IMG/VR virus record: IMGVR_UViG_3300020044_010170
Location: 1-48,319 of that record
Source of the DNA: a virus
Taxonomy: Duplodnaviria; Caudoviricetes
Reading direction: 5' to 3' (one strand)
Length of the DNA stretch: 48,319 nucleotides
Notes under the pieces: model-generated
The model's input: only the letters and a program-made list of their open reading frames with translations
Told to the model about the DNA's origin: nothing
Databases searched by the model: none
Translations under genes and position numbers: made by a program
In this document: one piece after another, positions 7,161 to 14,517 of the stretch
Layout of the letters: each line of letters starts with the position of its first letter
Numbering within the stretch: position 1 is the stretch's first letter

Positions 7161-8695
7161 AATGGGGCCTCCTCTGATCCGAATTTCGGCGTCTTGATTT
7201 CCACGTCAGCGTTCTCAAACGCGGGGATCTTCCAGACGCGCACCGCACGCCCTTTGATCTTCAGGACAACGCTTTCACCGCTGATGTCGCGCAGCCGCTG
7301 CGCAATCTTGTGCGACTTGTATTCAAAGAACTTGTTCTTGCGCAAAAACGCTTCAAAGTCCTTGAGACGGAAAAAGGTGGTGCCTTCTTCCTCGTCGGTC
7401 CACGGACGACGGAGCAGGATCTCTTCTTTGTCCTGCGCTTGCTGAAGGTGGCGGCAGAACTCTTCCAGATAATCGTAAAACTGCCCGCTGACGCTGGCGT
7501 CCTGCGCCACTTCGATGATGGCGCTTTCGTTATCACGCATCTCAGACAGCAACGTGCTGATGCGCCCTTCCCATTGCTGCCGTGCGACCGAACGAGGCAT
7601 GAAGTTCAATTGCTCCATGCAGGCGCGCTGGAACGTCATCTGATTCATCAACGCGTCGGTGTCCAGTTCTAGCGGCTCACCGTTCACGTCCATGAACCAG
7701 ACCGGGGGCGTCGAGTTGTATTTGCGCAGGTTGGCAATCGTGGCTCCCGCGACTGCTGCGCCGATACCGAACTTCCGCGTCCGACAAAGCTCTTTGTTAC
7801 AGTGCGCGTTGATAGGCGCGTCGCTGCATTTGTAGGCGTAATCCTTGCGCTGAACCTGCTTTGCGACGACATTCACCTCACCTAGCGGCAGGGGAGGGGA
7901 CAAAAACTCCATATTGTGGCGCAGGATCTCGGACTCCCACGAATCCGGATGCGCCTTGCGCAGATAAACACCCAAATTAAACAAGCCGTTGTTACGACCG
8001 CCTTCGCTGATTCCCATCTTGCAAAGAATCTGTAAACACGGCGGACCATCGCGCAGCAATTCTGTCTCACCGCTGCTCGTCGTCTGCAGCTTGATCACCT
8101 GCTCGGGGGTCTGGGCAAACCGCTCGTGCAATTCAAAAAATTCTTCGAGCGTCGCGGACGATCCGTCGTCCAGAAATGCGTATCGCAGTCCGTTCTCGTG
8201 ATCGTAATACGGCAGGTTGAGAAAATTACCGACATCGCCGCGGTCCAGATGCAGCTTTACCTGCTTGGGAAAAATCTCACTTTCGCCATAGCCAAGGGCC
8301 GCGGACATATGCTGAAGCGCCTTCTGCATGTCTTTCGCCTCAACCCATTCGGTGGCGAACAGAAAGCAGTGCGCTCCCCCACTCTTTGATCGGCATACGA
8401 CCAACGGCAGATTCATCCGCCGTATTTTGTCGATCAGCATCGCGTGATCCAGCGGGTACTGATCGATATCGATGCACCCCCAGACGCAATTGTTATCTTC
8501 GTTGATCGGGATTATGCCAAGCCCCGCCCCTTTGCCGCTCAGGTGGTTTTCCCAATGCCTCGTGGTCCGTGGTTCGCGGAGCACGCCTGCTTTGCCTTTG
8601 GTTTTACCCGTGGCAGCCGTTTTCTCGATGAGAAAATAACCGTGCGCCTCTTTGAGTCCGTCAAAGATGGCCGCAAATTTTTGTGCAGACGACAT
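7157..8695 (-). CDS. Archaeo-eukaryotic primase (AEP) family protein with PriCT-like domain
   Basis: AEP motifs CIDID, RSKSGGAH, EIFPKQ, GNFLNLPY; PriCT-1-like EGGRNNGLFNLG; Cys cluster YKC...HCNKELC. Confidence 0.8.
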   Translation of the reverse strand: MSSAQKFAAIFDGLKEAHGYFLIEKTAATGKTKGKAGVLREPRTTRHWENHLSGKGAGLGIIPINEDNNCVWGCIDIDQYPLDHAMLIDKIRRMNLPLVVCRSKSGGAHCFLFATEWVEAKDMQKALQHMSAALGYGESEIFPKQVKLHLDRGDVGNFLNLPYYDHENGLRYAFLDDGSSATLEEFFELHERFAQTPEQVIKLQTTSSGETELLRDGPPCLQILCKMGISEGGRNNGLFNLGVYLRKAHPDSWESEILRHNMEFLSPPLPLGEVNVVAKQVQRKDYAYKCSDAPINAHCNKELCRTRKFGIGAAVAGATIANLRKYNSTPPVWFMDVNGEPLELDTDALMNQMTFQRACMEQLNFMPRSVARQQWEGRISTLLSEMRDNESAIIEVAQDASVSGQFYDYLEEFCRHLQQAQDKEEILLRRPWTDEEEGTTFFRLKDFEAFLRKNKFFEYKSHKIAQRLRDISGESVVLKIKGRAVRVWKIPAFENADVEIKTPKFGSEEAPF

Positions 8696-8748
8696 GGATG
8701 CTCCCTAGAGGACGCGGCGGGTAGGGCCCCCGCCGCAGCGTGACTTCA

Positions 8749-9516
8749 TCAGAACGGGGTATCGCTGAGCACGTCGTCGTCATCCGTGTGCTTCACGACA
8801 ACGTCGCCCGCGAGAATCGACTCTGCGAACATCTTAGCCCGAACGTACAGGTTGGCGTCCGTGATCGGACCTTCGACCGACATCTCCCAGCCGTGCCACG
8901 ACCCTTTAGAGTTTTCCTCTTGGATCGTCTTCAGCAGATAAACGTGGCTGAAGCGCGGCGGGGTGAAGGGGCCGTTCTTGCCCATCATCTGCCGTGCCGC
9001 CATCATCGAATTCCACTTCCGGCTCTTCTTGAGCTGGGTGGACTTCATGGCGATCAGCGCCGTCTCGGCACCGCCATCCTCATTGAGCAGCACCACGAAG
9101 TGCTGGTGCGTCTCCTCGATGTATTCGCCCTGCCCATCGACAACGTAGTCCTTGTTGTCCTCCTTCGAGCGCTGGGTTTCAGGGCGCTTGTCCGTGGCTT
9201 CGTAGATGGCTACCGGCGCACCCGTGCCAGCGCCTCTGGGAGCCCACTGGATGAATCGGCGCTGGTACGCGCAGGGGATGACACGGATGCCGTCCTTGCC
9301 CTTGTACAGCGCCCCGGTGACGGTGTTGTAGATGTCGCCCTTCCGAGCGTTCTCGTTCGTGTCGAGGACCGGGTCGTTGCCCGACAGGACTTTCAGGAAC
9401 GGGAGCGCAAGATCCTCTTGCCCCATGTTCTCCATGCCGCGACCGGCATCGGCCTCAAACACACTGACATCGAACTCGATTACGTCCGTGGACGCTTTTT
9501 TTGCAACGTTGCTCAT
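8749..9516 (-). CDS. Putative single-stranded DNA-binding protein
   Basis: In the replication operon; acidic tail ending in an aromatic residue (DDDDVLSDTPF); DLALPFLKVL motif. Confidence 0.6.
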   Translation of the reverse strand: MSNVAKKASTDVIEFDVSVFEADAGRGMENMGQEDLALPFLKVLSGNDPVLDTNENARKGDIYNTVTGALYKGKDGIRVIPCAYQRRFIQWAPRGAGTGAPVAIYEATDKRPETQRSKEDNKDYVVDGQGEYIEETHQHFVVLLNEDGGAETALIAMKSTQLKKSRKWNSMMAARQMMGKNGPFTPPRFSHVYLLKTIQEENSKGSWHGWEMSVEGPITDANLYVRAKMFAESILAGDVVVKHTDDDDVLSDTPF

Positions 9517-9517
9517 T

Positions 9518-10096
9518 TCACTTCCCTCGCTTGACTACGGCCCGCTGACCAACCCACGCTCCAAAAAGCTCCATCGGAAACTCGTCCCCGTTCTCGACGC
9601 GCTCTTTTACGAAAGCGCGCAGGGTTTGCGGGTGGATCTCCGTCTTCTGCTCTGGAACGTATCCCTGCTGCTGAGCAAACGCGGCGAATGCGCTTGCCTG
9701 ATCATCCTCTCCCCTGCCGAACTGGCAGAGCACGGTGTTTTTGATGATGTCGTCGTACCCGTGGTCGCGCAGCCAGTTGTACGCCGACTCTCGATTGTTG
9801 ACGAGAATCGACGCACCGTAGGTCTGCTTGACCTCGACGGTCGAGCCATCTTCCAGCTTGAAGCTGCTGATACCGACCTCGGCGAGCGCCGAAGGCAACT
9901 CCTCGTCGGTGAGCTTCAAGAGCTTGTTCTTCTCAAGCTTCAATTGATCTTCGAGAGAGTTGATCGTTTCTTCAGTATCACGGATGGCGCGCGCAAGCGT
10001 GGCGACAGTAGCCAAACCCTCCTGCGGCACCCGCTCCACCGAATCGAGCGTTTGCTCGAAATCCGATTCCATCAAACGAGTCAAATCATCATTCAT
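9518..10096 (-). CDS. Conserved phage replication-module protein (coiled-coil N-terminus)
   Basis: ATG 10096 with AAGGAG RBS; motifs WLRDHGYDDIIKN and IHPQTLRAFVKE, common next to phage SSB genes. Confidence 0.65.
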   Translation of the reverse strand: MNDDLTRLMESDFEQTLDSVERVPQEGLATVATLARAIRDTEETINSLEDQLKLEKNKLLKLTDEELPSALAEVGISSFKLEDGSTVEVKQTYGASILVNNRESAYNWLRDHGYDDIIKNTVLCQFGRGEDDQASAFAAFAQQQGYVPEQKTEIHPQTLRAFVKERVENGDEFPMELFGAWVGQRAVVKRGK

Positions 10097-10131
10097 CGTG
10101 GTCTCCTTCGTCGTTGAGGCTCGGTAGAGCC

Positions 10132-10172
10132 TTGACAATTTCCGATAATATCGTATATCCTGCGCCTGTCAA
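10132..10172. promoter_or_regulatory. Overlapping divergent sigma70 promoters
   Basis: TTGACA on + (10132-10137) and TTGACA on - (10172-10167); the minus -10 is TATTAT at 16 nt; phased boxes TTCCGATA and ATCGTATA lie between. Confidence 0.65.
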
Positions 10173-10194
10173 GCCCTTTTGTTTTGGAGCCCCG

Positions 10195-11649
10195 ATGCAG
10201 ACGTACGAATTCAAGACTCGTCCTTTTGATCACCAGCGGCGGGTGTTACAAGACTCGTGGGCCGCGGAGCACTTTGCGCTGTTCTTGGAGATGGGGACAG
10301 GCAAGTCGAAGATCGCGGTTGATACGATGGGGTTGTTGTTCGAGGCGAAGCAGATTGACGCGGCTTTGATTGTCGCGCCGAAGGGTGTGTATGACAACTG
10401 GGTCAAGGCGGAGATACCGACGCATTTACCAGATCGGATTGATCGCCGCGTCCTTCGGTGGAGCCCGAGCACGACGAAGAAGTACATGGAAGAGCTTGAG
10501 GACTTCGTTACTGTAAAGCCCGAGCAGCGGTTGTTGAAGGTGTTCGTGATGAACGTCGAAGCGTTCTCGACCGACCGCGGGGTGCAGGTAGCGAAAGCGT
10601 TCGTGGTACACAATCCCAACAATATTCTGATCGTGGACGAAAGCACGACGATCAAGAATCGCAAAGCGCAGCGGACGAAGGCTTTGGTAAAGCTGCGCGA
10701 ACGGACCCGGTTCCGGCGGATCCTGACGGGCAGCCCGATTACCAAGAGCCCGATGGATCTGTACGCTCAATGTGAACTTTTGAAGGATCGTTGCTTGGGC
10801 TTCAGCAGCTTTTTCAGCTTCCAGAGCCGGTATGCCAACGTGCAGCAGCGAACGATGGGCCATCGCAGCTTCCACCAGATCGTGGGGTATCGACGGCTGG
10901 ACGAGCTTTCTGAAACGCTGGACAAATTCAGCGTCCGCGTGCTGAAAGAGGATTGCCTCGACCTGCCGCCGAAGATTTATTTGCGCCGAAACGTCGAGCT
11001 GACGCCAGAGCAGGACCGCTTGTACACGCAGATGAAAAAGCTTGCGCTGGCGAAACTCGATAGCGGTGAGTTGTCCACGACGGCGAGCGTGCTCACGCAA
11101 ATCATGCGGCTACAGCAGATTTGCTGCGGGCATTTTCAGCCCGACGACGGCGATATTCAGCCCATCAAGAACAACAGGATCAGCGAGTTGATGGACGTGA
11201 TCGAAGAGGTCAGCGGCAAAGCCATCATTTGGGCTACGTACACCCACGACATCTTGTTGATTTCGGAGACGTTGAAGAAGGCGTACGGTACCGATGCGGT
11301 CGCGGTCTATTACGGCGGCACCGAGCAGGACGAGCGTCAGCAGATCGTCAGCCAGTTCCAAGATTCAGAAAGTCCGCTGCGGTTCTTTGTCGGCCAGCCG
11401 CGCACGGGCGGTTATGGGATCACACTCACGGCGGCGACGACGGTGATCTACTACAGCAACAGCTACGACTTGGAAATCCGGCTACAGTCCGAGGACCGCG
11501 CGCACCGGATTGGGCAGCAGAGCAAAGTCACCTATATCGACCTCGTATCGCCCGACACGATTGACGAAAAGATTCTGGAAGCGCTGAAAAGCAAGATCGA
11601 CATTGCGGGTCAGGTTTTAGGCGAAGATGCGAAGAGCTGGCTCGCTTAG
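10195..11649 (+). CDS. SNF2-family (SF2) helicase/ATPase
   Basis: EMGTGKS, DEST (Walker B variant), LTGSP, GGYGITL, QSEDRAHRIGQ; ATG 10195 with GGAG RBS. Confidence 0.92.
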   Translation: MQTYEFKTRPFDHQRRVLQDSWAAEHFALFLEMGTGKSKIAVDTMGLLFEAKQIDAALIVAPKGVYDNWVKAEIPTHLPDRIDRRVLRWSPSTTKKYMEELEDFVTVKPEQRLLKVFVMNVEAFSTDRGVQVAKAFVVHNPNNILIVDESTTIKNRKAQRTKALVKLRERTRFRRILTGSPITKSPMDLYAQCELLKDRCLGFSSFFSFQSRYANVQQRTMGHRSFHQIVGYRRLDELSETLDKFSVRVLKEDCLDLPPKIYLRRNVELTPEQDRLYTQMKKLALAKLDSGELSTTASVLTQIMRLQQICCGHFQPDDGDIQPIKNNRISELMDVIEEVSGKAIIWATYTHDILLISETLKKAYGTDAVAVYYGGTEQDERQQIVSQFQDSESPLRFFVGQPRTGGYGITLTAATTVIYYSNSYDLEIRLQSEDRAHRIGQQSKVTYIDLVSPDTIDEKILEALKSKIDIAGQVLGEDAKSWLA

Positions 11650-11727
11650 GCCGAACACCCGCGGGTTGGAATGGCGAGGGGGAGCGCCCCGCGGGGTCGG
11701 CTGATACAGAAGGCTACTCTTATTTTT

Positions 11728-11952
11728 TCAATCGTCAAACTCTTTCGATTCCGCCTCTTGGATGAACTCCCGCAGTTTTTGCGTTTGTTCCACCAGTTGA
11801 TCCAAAGAAAGCTCAATCCGACGCAACGAGATGCGCGCTTGGCGTTGGCCCGAGGACCGCGATAAGTCTTGCTTGGTCAAAGAATTCATTTCGCTGAAAG
11901 CGTCAAACATCGCAAACCGCATAGCCACTCTTGGATCGTACGCAGTAGACAT
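11728..11952 (-). CDS. Hypothetical protein
   Basis: ATG with purine-rich RBS; last gene of the accessory string. Confidence 0.5.
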   Translation of the reverse strand: MSTAYDPRVAMRFAMFDAFSEMNSLTKQDLSRSSGQRQARISLRRIELSLDQLVEQTQKLREFIQEAESKEFDD

Positions 11953-11961
11953 TCTTTCCCC

Positions 11962-12168
11962 CTACCAGCCTTTTTTCAAAAGCCACTCTTGTGCTTGGTC
12001 TTCCGTTTCAAACGTCTGACCTTGCTCTTTGTATCCGCTGTGGCAGTCCGCGCACACGAGGCGGTGAGAAACGGCTTTTTCGCCGTTTCTGTCCGCCGCT
12101 TTGGTCATCAGTGTATACCCGGCATCCAAAGAGTCTACTGCATGCCCGCATGTCAGGATTATTCTCAT
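11962..12168 (-). CDS. Small hypothetical protein, possible Zn ligands (CGH...CADC)
   Basis: ATGA coupling with the upstream gene. Confidence 0.55.
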   Translation of the reverse strand: MRIILTCGHAVDSLDAGYTLMTKAADRNGEKAVSHRLVCADCHSGYKEQGQTFETEDQAQEWLLKKGW

Positions 12169-12380
12169 GACGTTATCTCTAGCATGATGGTATCAAGCAC
12201 GTCTTTACTGAACTCGTCCAGTTGCCCTGCGGCATGAATATGACGGATCACGTCAAGCATTTCTTCGTGCTCAAAGTACAGCTTTCTCAGCATGCTGGCC
12301 GCATCTTCCAGCTCGGGTTCACCCGTAACATCGGCTTGGTTTTCGAGCCACCGGGAAAGCCATAATGCATCTCTTTTCAT
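12165..12380 (-). CDS. Hypothetical protein
   Basis: ATGA coupling; LE.AA.MLRKL motif common in phage hypotheticals. Confidence 0.6.
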   Translation of the reverse strand: MKRDALWLSRWLENQADVTGEPELEDAASMLRKLYFEHEEMLDVIRHIHAAGQLDEFSKDVLDTIMLEITS

Positions 12381-12745
12381 TGTGCTGCTCCTTGTCGCGG
12401 TCTGAATCGAATAGTGAACGCGCGCGGTTGACCTTTGGTGAATTTACGGCTTACTTCGTTGGAGTAAGCAGATTCTTCCAGTTCTATAGAAGTCGCGGTC
12501 ATTACAAAATACCACGTACCCGACAACCCGCTGATCGTATGCTCTCGGGCATCCGGCGTGATCGTCACTTGCTGCGTGTAATTGCCCGGCTCCTGTCCGT
12601 AGTAAAGCGTGTATGACAGGATCTCCGATGCGGGAAGTTCCATTCCATCCACATAAAAGTCGGGTGGAGTCCATTCAATCACTGCGGACGCGGCATGCGC
12701 GACCGATGTCAACACCATCAAACCCAACGCTATAACTTTTTTCAT
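12377..12745 (-). CDS. Secreted fibronectin type III domain protein
   Basis: Sec signal MKKVIALGLMVLTSVAHA; FN3 hallmarks W.PP, Y.LYYG, TISGL, WYFVMTA, ESAYSNEVS. Confidence 0.8.
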   Translation of the reverse strand: MKKVIALGLMVLTSVAHAASAVIEWTPPDFYVDGMELPASEILSYTLYYGQEPGNYTQQVTITPDAREHTISGLSGTWYFVMTATSIELEESAYSNEVSRKFTKGQPRAFTIRFRPRQGAAQ

Positions 12746-12960
12746 TCCTGTTCTCCTCGTTTACGTATAGCCGCTGCCAGAAAATTCACGACGAACGGCA
12801 CGAGGCCAAGTCGGAGCCGAGCACGCTCGATAGTCTGAGCACACGCCTCGCGCTCCACTTCGACAGCTTCTAACACCACCGTCACAACCAAATCCTTCAA
12901 AGGCTGCGCCGTAATGCTGCCGTGTTTTGAAATCAGAGCTTCGATGTCGTCTATTGTCAT
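12742..12960 (-). CDS. Hypothetical protein (EREACA motif family)
   Basis: VEREACAQ...AAAIRKRGEQ. Confidence 0.6.
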   Translation of the reverse strand: MTIDDIEALISKHGSITAQPLKDLVVTVVLEAVEVEREACAQTIERARLRLGLVPFVVNFLAAAIRKRGEQE

Positions 12961-13220
12961 TATTGCTGCCCCTTTTCTCCGATGTGTTCGAACGGCGATC
13001 CGTGAACTGTCGCACGCACGTCTTTAATAAGCGCGTGAGCGATCACTCCACCTGTTTGAAAAGCCTTGTCGAAAACCTCTACTCGCTTCGCACACTCCTC
13101 ACGTTCTGCTGCGGCGACGAGAGCGGCGAAGCATTCAAATCCTTTCAGCCAAGGGCTTTTCTCACAAAAGTATTCAAACCCAGCCTCTTTCGCCATGCGA
13201 ATAATGTCTTCACGATTCAC
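12960..13220 (-). CDS. Hypothetical protein (EREACA motif family)
   Basis: MNREDIIRMAKEAG...FAALVAAAEREECAK. Confidence 0.65.
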   Translation of the reverse strand: MNREDIIRMAKEAGFEYFCEKSPWLKGFECFAALVAAAEREECAKRVEVFDKAFQTGGVIAHALIKDVRATVHGSPFEHIGEKGQQ

Positions 13221-13363
13221 TTGAGGATCTCCCGCTCCAGAATCTCGACCATCTCACCAATCTCCTCGATCAGATAATCAGGCGTCTTTGTGTCCCGATA
13301 GATTCCGATTGCTTCAAGCGCCGAAAGAAGACGCATCAGGCGTAACAGTTCTTGCTTGGTCAT
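13217..13363 (-). CDS. Hypothetical protein (48 aa)
   Basis: ATG 13363 after a purine-rich RBS; MTKQELLRLMRLLSALE. Confidence 0.55.
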   Translation of the reverse strand: MTKQELLRLMRLLSALEAIGIYRDTKTPDYLIEEIGEMVEILEREILK

Positions 13364-13514
13364 TTTCTTCTTCCTCCCTCGGGGTCCAGTACACCAGAAC
13401 AAACGCGCCACACTCATGGCAGGATAAATTCGTCACGATGTCGTGATCGCCGTCATCTTCTGCATCGTCATCGCCGCCCCAGATCAAATCGCTCAGACAG
13501 CTATAGCACCTCAT
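13314..13514 (-). CDS. Small Zn-finger-like protein
   Basis: MRCYSC..DLIWGGD.D....IVTNLSCHECGA.V.VY (two CxxC pairs). Confidence 0.65.
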   Translation of the reverse strand: MRCYSCLSDLIWGGDDDAEDDGDHDIVTNLSCHECGAFVLVYWTPREEEENDQARTVTPDASSFGA

Positions 13515-13702
13515 TCCACATGCCTCCACGTCTGCCGCGTCACTATGGACTCAATGGCTCGTTTGCTTACGTCGAACTTCCGCGCCAGCACGCGATAGCT
13601 AAGCTCCGGGTGAAGCTGGCGGATCAGGCGCACGTCGTCGGCTGTGAGCCGTGAGCGCCCGTTCAGGCTTCCGAAGCAAGCCATTGTCTCGTGTATCTCC
13701 AC
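13511..13702 (-). CDS. Stand-alone HTH resembling the C-terminal DNA-binding domain of HNH homing endonucleases
   Basis: G..NGRSRLT..DVRLIR...SYR.LARKFDVS..AI..IV..QTWRHV; no HNH catalytic part. Confidence 0.6.
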   Translation of the reverse strand: MEIHETMACFGSLNGRSRLTADDVRLIRQLHPELSYRVLARKFDVSKRAIESIVTRQTWRHVE

Positions 13703-14091
13703 CCGTTGATCCCCTCCGCAGCGCTTATGCGCATCCGCGCATAAAATGCCGCCGCACCGCCTTCGATCTTGCCAAGGTGCTCCGCGGTCGCCACTATTTT
13801 TGCTTGCTCCCTTGCCGCCTTACGCGCTTCGCGCTCGTATTTGATCTTGACGGCCTTGTCCTTCAACCCGGAGCGGCTAATCCAATTGGTGACCGTGTGC
13901 CGCGTGACGTTAAGCTCGGTTGCGATCTCTGCGCTGTTCATCGTTTCCAGTAGCTTTGTCAGCACATCCACGCCGGGGAACTTCCGATTCGCGGGCGGCG
14001 GTTTGCGCTTAGCTTTTGACCGCGCATTAGCCATCGCCACTTCCCAAAGAATCGGGACAGCGGTTTCTTTGTCTTTCTTCCGACTAGCCAC
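13663..14091 (-). CDS. HTH domain protein
   Basis: MNSAEIATELNVTRHTVTNWI HTH; GTG start 14091 with GGGGAG RBS. Confidence 0.6.
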   Translation of the reverse strand: MASRKKDKETAVPILWEVAMANARSKAKRKPPPANRKFPGVDVLTKLLETMNSAEIATELNVTRHTVTNWISRSGLKDKAVKIKYEREARKAAREQAKIVATAEHLGKIEGGAAAFYARMRISAAEGINGWRYTRQWLASEA

Positions 14092-14227
14092 GAATTGCTC
14101 CCCAAATCCAATCAACAATCCACGCGACGACGACTAAAACAGAAAAACCTACCCACGAGACGACGATGTACATCGCTATCTTCTCGCGCTTTTCTTGTTT
14201 TTTATCGATTTCAGGCTCGTCCATCAT
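14084..14227 (-). CDS. Small membrane protein (47 aa, absent from the track)
   Basis: MMDEPEIDKKQEKREKIAMYIVVSWVGFSVLVVVAWIVDWIWGAIRG; coupled to the upstream gene. Confidence 0.5.
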   Translation of the reverse strand: MMDEPEIDKKQEKREKIAMYIVVSWVGFSVLVVVAWIVDWIWGAIRG

Positions 14228-14382
14228 GACTTCCTTTTGCTCCTTGGGTCGCTTTCTAACCCCTTCGTCAAGTACAGCAGGATCTGGTTGACGAGGGAGC
14301 GCATGTCCTCGTCGGCGAGCTTTCTCAATTGCATCTCAAGCTCGTGAGGCAAGCGGATGGTAAGGTAGCGATCTTTCTTCAA
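14224..14382 (-). CDS. Arc-family ribbon-helix-helix regulator
   Basis: YLTIRLPHELEMQLRKLADEDMRSLVNQILLYL is an Arc-like signature; likely TTG start. Confidence 0.75.
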   Translation of the reverse strand: MKKDRYLTIRLPHELEMQLRKLADEDMRSLVNQILLYLTKGLESDPRSKRKS

Positions 14383-14474
14383 TGCGTTTCTCACGTTTTC
14401 GCACAAAATAGTGCAGCGCGCACAGATTCGCACAAACGGCGAGCGCGCTCAACTAAAACGTGATGAAATGTGGG

Positions 14475-14501
14475 AAAAGGCGTGCCCGGAATGAGCACGC
14501 C
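14475..14501 (-). terminator. Terminator ending the structural operon
   Basis: ggcgtgc...gcacgcc stem followed by TTTT on the minus strand, just past the stop of 14518..18366. Confidence 0.6.
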
Positions 14502-14517
14502 GTCTAGACAAGAAGGA

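Noticed and set aside
8714-8736. GC hairpin between SSB and primase as a terminator
   Set aside because: An 8-bp stem is present but there is no U-tract; at most a stability or processing element
3323-11649. Inteins or introns in replication genes
   Set aside because: Proteins have normal lengths and contiguous motifs; no Hint or LAGLIDADG signatures seen
11650-11727. cccgcggg palindromes in the convergent gap after SNF2
   Set aside because: Imperfect and GC-rich; probably a convergent terminator zone, but I cannot define it reliably
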